Assembly (NCBI GenBank): GCA_000165345.1 | Contig: CM000429.1 | Coordinates: forward strand, 96,001 to 160,000 | Direction: 5' to 3' | Length of the DNA: 64,000 bases | Shown here: piece by piece, positions 1 to 10,500 of the stretch | How positions within the stretch are numbered: position 1 is the first letter of the stretch | Layout of the letters: each line of letters starts with the position of its first letter | Made by a program: the position numbers and the translations under genes | The notes under the pieces: generated by a model | What the model saw: only the letters and a program-made list of their open reading frames with translations | What the model was told of the DNA's origin: nothing | Database searches by the model: none

Positions 1-227
1 ACGACGGTGAAATTAGTATTTTGACAAAGGGTGATAATAACGATGTTGATGATAGAGGATTATATAATGAAAATCAATTCTGGCTTAATAATAAACATAT
101 TATGGGAACAGCTGTTGGGATTATTCCAAAAGTTGGGATGATCACAATTTGGCTTAATGATTATCCTTGGCTTAAGTATGCTCTTGTAGGGATGATGGGA
201 ATCACAGTCTTACTTGGAAAAGAATAA
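1..227 (+). CDS. 3' terminal fragment of a gene that begins upstream of the window (C-terminal ~75 aa with two hydrophobic segments)
   Basis: The frame of track ORF 21..227 stays open back to nt 3 (DGEISILTKGDNND...). Stop TAA at 225-227. Hydrophobic stretches GTAVGIIPKVGMITIWL and ALVGMMGITVLLG. Confidence 0.3.
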   Translation, partial: DGEISILTKGDNNDVDDRGLYNENQFWLNNKHIMGTAVGIIPKVGMITIWLNDYPWLKYALVGMMGITVLLGKE

Positions 228-244
228 GATAATAGATTTTAATT

Positions 245-2011
245 TTACTTGCAATAACATGATGAAAGCATATTTGATATATTTGGGCTAATAACAAGAT
301 AACAATTCTCAAGATTTTCCAAAGATTGAAGTCTTCTTCCTCTAGGAAGATTTGGAATTGGTATAGGAGTTTGATCATAAGTGATAATTTGCATATCATA
401 AGTTCTTGCAACTCTTTGATCTAATGAAAAGTTTGAGTTAAGAGTTTCACTAGATTCAGATTTTAATAATGTAATTGGAATATTGAATTCTTGAACTTGT
501 TTAACTTCATCTTGATTTGTAGTAAAAATTCCATCTTCCAAGAGAATTATATTATTCTTAGCATTATCATTATAATCATCAGCTTTATTATTATTGTTAG
601 GATAGTTTATCTTAGGTTCTGATAATTTCTTACTAAATTGAACATCAGAATAAGTTTTTGAGGGTCTTCTTCCAAGTAAATTTGAGAACCTTTTTGATAT
701 TCTGGATGATCTCTTCTTTTCTGGTTTTTTAAGATCCATTTCAAATGAAACTTGTTTCTTAGAATTTTTCAAATTTTTTATTGTTTTGTTCAAAGAGTTA
801 AGATCTTGGTCATAAAGAGAAGGAGAGTTTGAGACAATAGTAGAATTTGAATGTCTTGAAAAGGAAGATTCGGATGATTTAGAGCTTTGAATTTCTAAAT
901 TATTAAGTAATTTATTAATAGATTTAACTTCATTTCTTTCACTACGTCCTTTACTACCTCTTTTGTTCATAAGATTAATTACACTTTGTGCTAAAATTCT
1001 TAGAGATGATGTTCTATGCCTATTCTTAGTGTTTTTAATAACTTCTTTACCTTTTAATTCATCGTTCAAAAATTGGTCAATATGAATAATTGGTTCATTT
1101 GGAGCAGAAAATATTCTCTTTCTATTTTCTGGAGAATTCTTATTAGAAATTTTCGACTGAATTGTAGAAATTGGTTTATTTTTATCAGGGTCATAATAGT
1201 AATGATTATTGTCATGATCATGATCATTACTAACAGAATTTGTATCTGAAATGATTAAATCAGTAATGTTATTTTCTAAATCATTTTCTAAAACATCTTC
1301 TAAAACATCTTCTGTGCTCTTTTTCTTGCTTAAAAATCTCTCAATATAATCATTTGATGTAATATAATCATTAAAAGAAAGATCCTCAAAGTGATTACTT
1401 GAAGATTTTAAAGGTTCATCATTTTTCTTTAAAGAACTTGTGGATTTAACAAAGTTATTTGATGAATTAGTACCAACTCTTTTGATTTCCCTTGGTTTAA
1501 TATTAACTGGGTTAACAATAACACTATTGCCAGTTTGTCCATTAACGGGTTTAGATTTAAGTTTTTGAATAATTTGATTATTTGACTCATCTAAATAATC
1601 ATTAGAATTCTTAGAATTGGTATTTTGATTTTTAAGAATTAGGTCAGATTCATTATTAGAGTCTAGACTTTGATATATATAATAATCAGGATTCTTTTCA
1701 TTATCATATTCCAGATCCAAATCTTGATAGTTGTTTTTGAAAGATAAATTTTCTCTTAATAAGTCACTTTTTGTTGGAAGTTTTTCAAATTTATTTTCTA
1801 AAGAATATTGGGATTGAGAATCTGAAATAGTATTTAAATCCTCAACATCCAAAGATAAGCTCAAAGCTCTGGATAATTGTCTTCCTTCCCTAATAAATCC
1901 TGGAATTACCAACGATTTCTGAATTAGAATAGGCGGTGGATACACACTAACGTCAGCAATTGAAGAAGATTTATTAGGGTTTCCCTTTCTTTTACCAAAA
2001 CAAGAAGCCAT
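245..2011 (-). CDS. Ser/Asn/Lys-rich low-complexity hypothetical protein (588 aa)
   Basis: Uninterrupted 588-codon ORF with ATG at 2009-2011. Composition typical of apicomplexan low-complexity proteins. No recognisable domain. Promoter motifs (GTACCGGTAC, GCATAC) lie just upstream at 2199-2230. Confidence 0.5.
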   Translation of the reverse strand: MASCFGKRKGNPNKSSSIADVSVYPPPILIQKSLVIPGFIREGRQLSRALSLSLDVEDLNTISDSQSQYSLENKFEKLPTKSDLLRENLSFKNNYQDLDLEYDNEKNPDYYIYQSLDSNNESDLILKNQNTNSKNSNDYLDESNNQIIQKLKSKPVNGQTGNSVIVNPVNIKPREIKRVGTNSSNNFVKSTSSLKKNDEPLKSSSNHFEDLSFNDYITSNDYIERFLSKKKSTEDVLEDVLENDLENNITDLIISDTNSVSNDHDHDNNHYYYDPDKNKPISTIQSKISNKNSPENRKRIFSAPNEPIIHIDQFLNDELKGKEVIKNTKNRHRTSSLRILAQSVINLMNKRGSKGRSERNEVKSINKLLNNLEIQSSKSSESSFSRHSNSTIVSNSPSLYDQDLNSLNKTIKNLKNSKKQVSFEMDLKKPEKKRSSRISKRFSNLLGRRPSKTYSDVQFSKKLSEPKINYPNNNNKADDYNDNAKNNIILLEDGIFTTNQDEVKQVQEFNIPITLLKSESSETLNSNFSLDQRVARTYDMQIITYDQTPIPIPNLPRGRRLQSLENLENCYLVISPNISNMLSSCYCK

Positions 2012-2339
2012 TACTTTTCTCTTTCAATTACTAATCTTTAGCTGTAGTTTAGACAACTCAAAAAAAAAAAAGAAAAAAAGTGTAATATATTAAATATAAA
2101 AAAAGAAATTCATTACTCACACATATATTACAATCTCTACACTTTTTTTCTTATTATTATTGTTATCTTAATATTTTTACATTTTCAATATTTTACAAGT
2201 ACCGGTACTGCAGTGCATACGTCTATGTCTTCCATGCATAAATTTTAGTCGATGAAAAAAGGTGATTATATATATTAGAATGTCAAGAATGAATAAAAAA
2301 TAAATATATAAAAATAATTCAAAAGATTATAGTAAAATT

Positions 2340-4154
2340 CTAGGGTCCTTTAAGTTGTTGTATGACAGAGAATATTTCATCCCAATTTTCATCGGAATAA
2401 TTATTGTGATTCAAGGTTGAATAATAGTTTTTAGATCTAGATAGTTTGTTAAGTTTTAAATTGTTAATTAATTTATAATTTTCATTATAATTATGATCAA
2501 AATTTTGATTTGATAAAGAAGTATTATAAGTTTTATTTCTGATAATTTTGTTCTTCAAGTATGAGATTTCCTCTGAAAGTTTCTTATTTTCAAGATCTTT
2601 GAGTTTAAGTTTTTGTTTGGAGGCATCCAGCTGATTCTTTAAAATATTGATTTCGTTTCTAAGTCTTGTAACTGATACACTGCTTACAAAGTCAATATTT
2701 CTTTCATTATTAGTTTTATTAAGAAAATCTTTCTTGTGAACATTTTCTAAAATATAATTGCTTGTAATAGGAATATCTTCATAATAGTTTTGGTTTTGGA
2801 GATTGCTTATTGATTGGATGAAGATATTGGAAATTCTTTCGACATTTAATTTGGTTTTAGTTTTATTTTGAGGATTTGTTTGAGTTTCTGAATCCATTAA
2901 AAAAGTATTTTTTTTATTCCACAAGAGTTCTTTTAGAGGCTGGAAGACTTTATCAATAATAATAATAAATTCAATTAAATTTGGATAGCTTTCCCAAATC
3001 AGTGAGTCTTTGGAATAATTATCAAAAAGATCAGAAAAGTTTGACTCAAGAATAGATTCACTTTCAATATGATATCCAATGAAATTTAATAGATCTTGTA
3101 AAAAGTCATTTAAGCTTTTTTTTTCAAATTCCAGTTTCTGAACTACTTCATTTAGAACGGAATTATTAGTATTAAATAATTCTTGTTGCTCTAAATGATA
3201 TTTTTCATTTTCGGATGCTTTTTCTAAAAGCTGTTTCATTTGATTTCCCATTTCAATTACTGTTTGTTGACTCTTTTTTAAATTCTCTGATTCTTTTGCA
3301 AAAAGACTTTTTTGTTTAACAAGCTCAAGACTGACTGATGAAAACTGCTCATTTCTCAGATCTAATTGTCTTTGAATTTCAATGTTTAAATCTTCAAGTC
3401 TTTGAATATAGTTATTTTTCTCTATTAGTAATTGTTCATAATCTGTACTTTGCATTGTAGTATCTGGTAAAACCTCAGGGAAAAGTTCAATTTTGTGTAC
3501 CAAAGAACTTACAAACTCATTATTAGTTTTACTAAGTAAAATTTGAATTGAATCTAACATTTGTAAATTCAATTCTATATTTGTATTTGTATTTATTCCT
3601 TTCTCCTCAAACTTTACTTCTTCATCTTTAATATTAATTCTTTCTTCTACTTCTCTCAAACTTTCTTTCTCCTCCATAATATCATGTTCTGCAATTTCAT
3701 TAATCTTATTCTTAGACATCTGCAGAATTTGTGATCTTAATTCTGCAATTTCATCCAAATATATTTTTACCTCCTCTTTGTGTACATTTTTAATTATATC
3801 AGTAACTTGTAATAACTCTAGAGTTTTTGATTTTCTTGCCATATTATAATCATCTAATTTGTCAGGTTCACCAATTTCTCTTAATGTTATATCTACATTG
3901 TTCACATTATCCACAGGTGGCTCCTCATATTGGTTTAATTCTTGCTCATCAAACAGATTTGTTCTTCTTAAAATCGAAGATAAGCTATACTGGGGTTTTC
4001 TATTAGAGTGAACAATATGCCCTATTTCTGACCAAATCATTTTACTCTTATTGCTTTCCGTTTCATCTTGGAAAAATCCTTCATTCGAGCTCGGCTCAAA
4101 TTCAGAGTAACTTTCTGAATTCATTCTTTTTTCTAATTCTTTCTCTTCAATCAT
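2340..4154 (-). CDS. coiled-coil protein (604 aa), function unknown
   Basis: ATG at 4152-4154. Long heptad-like E/K/L/Q-rich stretches (IEIQRQLDLRNEQ..., LEQQELFNTNN...). An E2F-like GGCGGGAA box lies upstream at 4343-4350. Confidence 0.55.
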   Translation of the reverse strand: MIEEKELEKRMNSESYSEFEPSSNEGFFQDETESNKSKMIWSEIGHIVHSNRKPQYSLSSILRRTNLFDEQELNQYEEPPVDNVNNVDITLREIGEPDKLDDYNMARKSKTLELLQVTDIIKNVHKEEVKIYLDEIAELRSQILQMSKNKINEIAEHDIMEEKESLREVEERINIKDEEVKFEEKGINTNTNIELNLQMLDSIQILLSKTNNEFVSSLVHKIELFPEVLPDTTMQSTDYEQLLIEKNNYIQRLEDLNIEIQRQLDLRNEQFSSVSLELVKQKSLFAKESENLKKSQQTVIEMGNQMKQLLEKASENEKYHLEQQELFNTNNSVLNEVVQKLEFEKKSLNDFLQDLLNFIGYHIESESILESNFSDLFDNYSKDSLIWESYPNLIEFIIIIDKVFQPLKELLWNKKNTFLMDSETQTNPQNKTKTKLNVERISNIFIQSISNLQNQNYYEDIPITSNYILENVHKKDFLNKTNNERNIDFVSSVSVTRLRNEINILKNQLDASKQKLKLKDLENKKLSEEISYLKNKIIRNKTYNTSLSNQNFDHNYNENYKLINNLKLNKLSRSKNYYSTLNHNNYSDENWDEIFSVIQQLKGP

Positions 4155-4342
4155 TTATTAAATTTTACCTACGTACTTTTTATTTGTCATTTCAGTATAT
4201 CAATACAGCCTTTCGTTTATTATTCCTCAAATTTCTATCTTTTCTCATTTACATTTGTTGGCTTTATTAATTTGTTCTTTCTTAACGCATGCAAAAAAAA
4301 AATGAGCCCCTCATCAACAAATTAATTTTAAATTCCGGTTTA

Positions 4343-4366
4343 GGCGGGAACAGCTATACCGGTATT
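4343..4366. promoter_or_regulatory. E2F-like box GGCGGGAA followed by ATACCGGTATT, in the divergent promoter between the 2340..4154(-) and 5219..8017(+) genes
   Basis: Sequence taGGCGGGAAcagctATACCGGTATTact. GGCGGGAA and TGGCGCCA are the established Cryptosporidium upstream (E2F-like) elements. Confidence 0.5.
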
Positions 4367-5218
4367 ACTATTTATTTATTAATATTATACTAGTAAAAAA
4401 AATAAGTTGAAGCTTAACTAAATAAAAAAAGTCTTAAAAACAAAGCAAATTTTATCCATTTTCCTAATTAAAATAAGTTTTATATACTCATTCATTGTTT
4501 TTATTATTTTGTTTTTGTTCGTTTTTTTTTAATTTTAATTATTCTCTCGCATTTAGTAATTTTATAGAGTTTGGCGCCTACTATTTTTTCTAAGAATAAA
4601 ACCTCTTAGTTACTTGCTCAGAAATTCACCGCATCTTTTTTTTCTCAATATTATCATTACGAATTAGCAAAGATATATTAAATGGAGGTAGTCTTTGATA
4701 ATGGTTGGGTTTAGGAGCTTCAAACCTTAAAATAATTTCAAAATTTGAAAACAGGTACCTGACTTAATATAATAGACTGAAATAGCACTAGTATAATAGT
4801 CTAGAATATTATTTAGGAGATTTCTCGGATGGAAATTAGGTATTAATCTGGTATTTTTATTTAAAGGAGGCTGGGATCCTAAGTAATCATGGCTTTGAAA
4901 CGTAGATGTTTACGAGTACTAAGTTTATAATTTAATCAGAAGAATATCGCGATATCGTTCACTCATATAAATGTACAGTCTCTTGGGTGCCCCCCCTAGA
5001 AAAGGCTAGAAAAAGATAATAAGATATTTTATATTGTTAAGTATAACATTCTATTCATTTTGCCAGAAAAGTAATTTTCAAAAGTCGATATAATTTGACT
5101 AAATTTTCCTATCCAAAATTTATCAGTTTTAGTACATCTTTCACTTACTAAACTGTAAATAACTTGGATTCTTCTACATTTATAAAATCAGAAATAGAGA
5201 CAATAATATTCATCAAAT

Positions 5219-8017
5219 ATGAGATATTTATTTCTGGCTATTTTTTATTTATTTACCTTATACACTTCACTAATTTATCCAGTTAGTTATGGTTCTAATT
5301 ATTATCAAGCCATTAGTGAAGTTTCTTTGGTAAAACTTAAGACTCTCCCCAAAAATAAGACTGGAGAAAATGGTAGTGGTAAACCAGCTACCCCTAAAGT
5401 AGGATCAAGACCTTCAGCTGTAGGAGGTTCAACTACTTCAGGATCTAGCAGTAAACCTAGGGTTACTATACCAAGACCATTAGGGCATAGCGCCTCTTCA
5501 TCTTCAAGAGTTGTCTCGGGAGCTACGCAAGGGCCTTCAAAAAGAAATAATCAACCTAAGCCAAATGAATCTGGAGCTACAGGAGATCCTTCTGATAAGT
5601 CTGTAGGAACTCCATCTACAGGCTTGTCTACACCAAAAGAGGGGCAATCAGGAGTACAACCTCCATGCGGTGAACCATCTCAAGAGGGAATACCATCTCC
5701 ATGTTTAACATCAAATTCGGCAGCAGGAGGAGTTTCTGAATCCAAGTCATCTACATCTAGCCCAAAGCTTACTACAAAACCAGCACCACTTGGAGTAGCA
5801 CCAAAGCCGTCAGCACCATCTAGGCCAACGAAACCTTCGGGGCCTCTAGCAGGAGTAAGACCACTAGGATCTGGAGTAACATCAAAACCATCTGCACCAT
5901 CTAGACTATCAAAACCACTGGGACCTGGATCAGGAGTAAAACCATTGGGATCTGGAGTAACGCCGAAGCCGTCTGCACCATCTAGACCATCAAAACCACT
6001 GGGACCTGGATCAGGAGTAAAACCATTGGGAACTGGAGTAACGCCGAAGCCATCAGCGCCATCTAGTTCATCAAAACCACTGAAGCCTGGATCAACAGGA
6101 GCATCAAGAGCATCGGCAACAGGAGTAGCACCAAGAGTATCGGCAACAGGGTTAACAAAACCGACATCGTCAGGTTTGTCAAGAGCGTTTTCATCAGGGT
6201 CATCAAAACCATCGACTGGGGGATTATCTAAACAATTGGTAACAGGAACGACAAAATCTTCTGCAGGATTAGGAGCAAGACCGAAATCATCACTACCTAC
6301 TACCAGAGCTTCTCAACCCAAAACCAAACTCGGTACTACAACAACTAGAACTCGTTCTAGGTCTAGGAGCAGATCTAGGAGTAGAGATAGATCTTCAGGT
6401 GGCCATCATCCTCTTGAATCTACAAAACCAGGTTGCAGCGGTGAAACAGGAGATAAAGGAGGTTCAGGTGAGGACCGTTCATCTGGAGGATCATCTGGTG
6501 GTGCATCAGGAGGAGGAGAAGGAGGAAGTGGCGAATCAGGATCCTATGGAGGAAGTGGAAGTGGAGGCGGTGACGATAAAGGAGACAAAGGCAATAACTC
6601 AGGAAGAGGAAGATACGGAATATCTATCGACTCTTCTGGTTCTAGTTCTGATTCTGATTCTGATTCTGATTCTGATTCTGATTCTGATTCGGATTCTAAT
6701 TCTGATGATGAAATTAGAGATGCAGTTTCTTTTGCTGCCATACCTTCCGTCACACTTTTCTGTAGAGAAGTCATTAATTTCGTCACCAACCCCGGTAAAA
6801 CTACCCTATCTTTTGAACAAAATAAAGCCTCTTCACTCGATTATGTTGAAGGGTATTTTTATAAGTGGGAGGCTATCCTGAAAATGTTAAAAAAAAGACT
6901 AGAATCCTTGATTAGGAGGTTTGAGGCGTTGGGTTGTGAAGGTCCAGAAGCTAAAAAAGACCGTAAACTGCAAAAATTATGCCAAAAATTAGAGGAAAAA
7001 ATCAGAGATGTTGAAAGTTCCATCTACTTAGCTAAAAGGAAAATCCACAAACTAAAAAAATGTTTGAAAAAGATTGCAAAAATTGAAGAGGAAGAAGAAG
7101 AAGAAGCGCGTGCACCCAAGAAACATCGTAGAGCTAGGAGGTCACAATCTGATTTGGAAACAGGACATAAAGATTCTCAACAAGAAGCAGGAAGCTCCAG
7201 TGACGAAGATTCATCTCAAAGAGAAAAATACCCTAAAAGACGTTCTAAGAGAGGAAGAAGTGGAGTGGCTGTGAAATCACTCGACGAATCAGCTCTTGGT
7301 GCAGTTGGGGGTCAGCCTTTGGACGGTTCTTCGCTTGAATCCAGAAGTTCAGGCTCCACTTCCAGTCTTGATTCCACAAGCTCCAGTTTATTGGAAAATT
7401 CTGAATCAAGTGTAAGACCTGATCCAGAAAAAGTGCCTGTATATAATGGAAAGGTTATTACTCCTTCTCTTATTTATGAAGAGATAGAATCTTCTCGACG
7501 TCACTGCAAAAGAATCTTATCCTCAATTGGAATTGTAAGCGAAGAAGATTTATCGCAAACTCTAGAACAATTTGGTGTCACAGTATCGGCTTTAAAATCA
7601 TTACTTAGCTCTAACTCAGAAAAGATGTTACAAACTCGAGAGAGATTACTTGAACTTAATCAAAAAACTGGAGAATGTACAAATTCTGGACGTGAAGTAA
7701 AAAGGTGTGAAGTGCGCGCTTTATCTTTGAAATTGAAAAGTGAAATCTACGAGGGTAAGCTGTCTGTTCTAGAAGAATGCCTTTTAAAGATATTAGAAAA
7801 AGTTGTTGAATTGGAACTTGAATATCTATTACCCCAAGTTAAATCAATGGCTTGTAAATTCCATCCTGAGCTCGAACAAACTGTTGAAGAAACTGATCAG
7901 GGAGATGGAAATGATGGCGAAGATGATGATGAAGATGATGATGAAGATGACGATGATGAGGATGGGACCCGATATGATTCTGAATTTTTGAAAGAACTTA
8001 CGGATGATGATTCTTAA
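5219..8017 (+). CDS. secreted mucin-like Ser/Thr/Pro-rich glycoprotein with tandem repeats and an acidic C-terminal tail (932 aa)
   Basis: N-terminal signal peptide MRYLFLAIFYLFTLYTSLIYPVSYG. About 27-aa tandem repeats (KPSAPSRPSKPLGPGSGVKPLGSGVTP) x3, RSRS run, Gly-rich block, (SD)n block, a KEKIRDVESSIYLAKRKIHKLKK coiled segment, and a DDDEDDDEDDDDED tail. Confidence 0.65.
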   Translation: MRYLFLAIFYLFTLYTSLIYPVSYGSNYYQAISEVSLVKLKTLPKNKTGENGSGKPATPKVGSRPSAVGGSTTSGSSSKPRVTIPRPLGHSASSSSRVVSGATQGPSKRNNQPKPNESGATGDPSDKSVGTPSTGLSTPKEGQSGVQPPCGEPSQEGIPSPCLTSNSAAGGVSESKSSTSSPKLTTKPAPLGVAPKPSAPSRPTKPSGPLAGVRPLGSGVTSKPSAPSRLSKPLGPGSGVKPLGSGVTPKPSAPSRPSKPLGPGSGVKPLGTGVTPKPSAPSSSSKPLKPGSTGASRASATGVAPRVSATGLTKPTSSGLSRAFSSGSSKPSTGGLSKQLVTGTTKSSAGLGARPKSSLPTTRASQPKTKLGTTTTRTRSRSRSRSRSRDRSSGGHHPLESTKPGCSGETGDKGGSGEDRSSGGSSGGASGGGEGGSGESGSYGGSGSGGGDDKGDKGNNSGRGRYGISIDSSGSSSDSDSDSDSDSDSDSDSNSDDEIRDAVSFAAIPSVTLFCREVINFVTNPGKTTLSFEQNKASSLDYVEGYFYKWEAILKMLKKRLESLIRRFEALGCEGPEAKKDRKLQKLCQKLEEKIRDVESSIYLAKRKIHKLKKCLKKIAKIEEEEEEEARAPKKHRRARRSQSDLETGHKDSQQEAGSSSDEDSSQREKYPKRRSKRGRSGVAVKSLDESALGAVGGQPLDGSSLESRSSGSTSSLDSTSSSLLENSESSVRPDPEKVPVYNGKVITPSLIYEEIESSRRHCKRILSSIGIVSEEDLSQTLEQFGVTVSALKSLLSSNSEKMLQTRERLLELNQKTGECTNSGREVKRCEVRALSLKLKSEIYEGKLSVLEECLLKILEKVVELELEYLLPQVKSMACKFHPELEQTVEETDQGDGNDGEDDDEDDDEDDDDEDGTRYDSEFLKELTDDDS
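6648..6706 (+). repeat. GATTCT hexamer microsatellite (about 9 units) encoding (SD)n inside the mucin-like CDS
   Basis: gattctgattctgattctgattctgattctgattcggattct. Confidence 0.8.
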
Positions 8018-8808
8018 AGGAAATTGGTATAACTGATTAAGATGGAGTAATTGGGATAACACAATTTGGGATTCGTAATGAAAAAAATTAAAACTTTTTT
8101 CATTATGAATATACAAGATAAAAAAAATCTGACTTTTTAAAGTTAATGTATGGTTAAAGCATAGAAAGTTAGTAGATGCTGAATAAAATGACAAAATTCA
8201 CATTTAACTAAAACTAATCCAATTAAGCCTGAATTGGAAGTTCCAAAGTTATGTGATTATGAATAAGCATATTTATTTTTTTATTTTCAAATATTCATTA
8301 CATGCAACTAATTTTGCACCATAGTTGGAAAATTATGACCATTTGGGCGCCAACAACAGGGCTGCATGTAGTAATAAGAATTCAATTAATATAATAATGG
8401 GTGGTTGAATAGTTCTTGAGAATTTCCGAGATTTTTAATGTTACATTTTACTTCATTTTTGAAGCTGTAGGGTTAGCTCTTAATGTGGCAATAAAATTGA
8501 TTGAAGATAGAAAAGTGACAATATTTCTCGCATGCTCATCCAAATGCATTCAGATTTTTCAATGAATATTCTAAATAATTATTTATGTTCAATCAGTTGG
8601 CGCTGGATTTAAAGTTATAAATTTAAGCAAAAGAAGCTGTAACATTAGTACGCTTATGTATCTTTTGAAGTGTTTATATATTTATATTGTGATTCTTTAT
8701 TTCACAAACTTTCAATTAGAAAATAATTCAGAACAAAATTTTCTTACATAATTGTGATTTAGTTAATTGAAATGGGGAATTTTATTATTATTATTATTGC
8801 TTTCCGCA

Positions 8809-10057
8809 TTAATGAAAATAATCATTAATTTCAATCTTTGATTTCAATGTAATGGCATCACTGACTTGAACTCCAATGGCACCAATGATCTGGATAACAA
8901 CATTCTGAAATTTGTTTGAAATTTTAAAATGTTTCACGAATAATTATTTAGATATGGCAAATATTTCAAAAAAAAAAACTTACAAGTAATGATGTGTAAA
9001 GAACACGATTGATTTTTGTAGATGATTGCTCTGGAGACCAATTGATTAACAAATTATGATTATTTTGCATATTAAATAGATACAATGATGGTACAGTTAA
9101 AACTGAAGTTATATCTTTAAATTTTTGTCTAATGGGTATGATATTAATTGTCTTTGACGTAATAGTCTTAGAAGAAGGGAATAGAAGTTAATGTGTGATA
9201 TTTTTGTTTAAGTTTAAGACTTACTATTTTAACACAAGTTAATTGATTTTCCATAAATAAGCTTATGGTTTCGTGAGAACTGGATGACAATGTCAATGAA
9301 TTAATCTTGAAGATAATATCTTTGTATTGATAAGGAGAGTATCTCGTAGATTGGCATATACTTGACTTGGGATCGTATGAAATGGAGGAATAATTGAATG
9401 CTTTAAATATTTTTGAATCTTTTTCTATATTCTTATGAACCATTATTTTAAAATTCAACTCACTAAGTTTATTGATTTCTGTTTCCTTAACTATATTGTT
9501 TGGAATACAAGAAATCAAACAGAGTATATCTTCGTATACTTGTTTAAATAATTCAAATAGAATGATTTGATTATTATCAATTCTTGTAGGTAAATATTTA
9601 ATTATAAGACTGAAATTTGTATTTTTATTTGTTATGATTTGAAATTTGATGATTAAGTTAAACATTACCTTAAATACTTTGAAAAGTATGCCCCATTAAT
9701 TAATATTATTCTAAAATCATCTTTGTAATCTCTAATTTTATCATCAGATCTCAGAAACTGACAAATATTCTCAAAGAGCTCTCCTGTTGAAACAACTCCA
9801 AAGGAATTTCTTTCTGTTGCCAATATTTGGTCCAATGGTATTTCTATTTTTTGTTCTATTTCACATTTTGGGACTAGTAATTCTTTACCATTTGAATCAC
9901 TTTCTTGAAATTTGCCGCTCAAATCAAATTCATGTTTTTGTATTTTCATGATTAATGCATTCATTTTATTAATTTTCTTAGATTTTACCCCTTCGTTAAA
10001 AAATTCCATCAACTTCTCCTCAAATAGACTGCTACCTACTAATACAAACTCACTCAT
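8809..10057 (-). CDS. four-exon gene, ~350 aa hypothetical protein: join(10057..9669, 9609..9225, 9166..8984, 8904..8809) on the minus strand
   Basis: Track ORFs 9665..10057 and 9168..9665 overlap as G-TAA-TG. Intron 1: donor AAG|GTAATG at 9668, acceptor caaatttcAG at 9610. Intron 2: donor AAAATA|GTAAGT at 9224, acceptor ttcttctaAG at 9167. A third frame then stays open for 61 codons to CTT|GTAAGT (8983), with acceptor aaatttcAG at 8905 and a final exon NVVIQIIGAIGVQVSDAITLKSKIEINDYFH*. Total 1053 nt = 351 codons. Confidence 0.45.
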
Positions 10058-10500
10058 TTTGATACTTTATTGATTAAATTGGCTTCCTAACTTATTTGAG
10101 TTTTTAACATTTTATTTATCAATTTTGTTTTATTATATAATTTTTGAAAACATCATGCCTAATGCTGCATGCATTCTTTTTTTTATGGCAGTTTAGGCGG
10201 GAAGTCAATTAGAGAGGGGAGGAATAAAGTGGAAAAATTAAAAAAAGTAATTATGATTATGGGATATGAAATTAATTAATAGAAAAAGAATGATTGGTAA
10301 ATTATTGGTAGTATTGAATATAATTAGATGTAAGAATTGATTATTTATATATTTTCTACTAAAAAGTAATATGATTACAGAGTAGATTTTGCTTAAGTTT
10401 TAAAAAAAGTACGTGTGCATGTGAATTTTCTCCAATTATATGTGGGGTAGTAATGAATAATAAAACTTATTATAAATCTATTATAATTTAAAAATTATCT

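Noticed and set aside
6399-6881. Track ORFs 6399..6881 (+), 6544..6789 (-) and 7074..7274 (+) inside the mucin-like gene
   Set aside because: They are alternative-frame or antisense readings of low-complexity repeat DNA ((SD)n and GS blocks read as LILILI or ESESES). They are fully contained in the well-supported 932-aa CDS.
9609-9665. N-terminus (MFNLIIKFQIITNKNTNFS) of track ORF 9168..9665
   Set aside because: The ATG overlaps the upstream ORF's stop by one base (GTAATG). The 57 nt end in a perfect acceptor (caaatttcAG). I treat this stretch as intron 1 of the 8809..10057 gene, not as a start.
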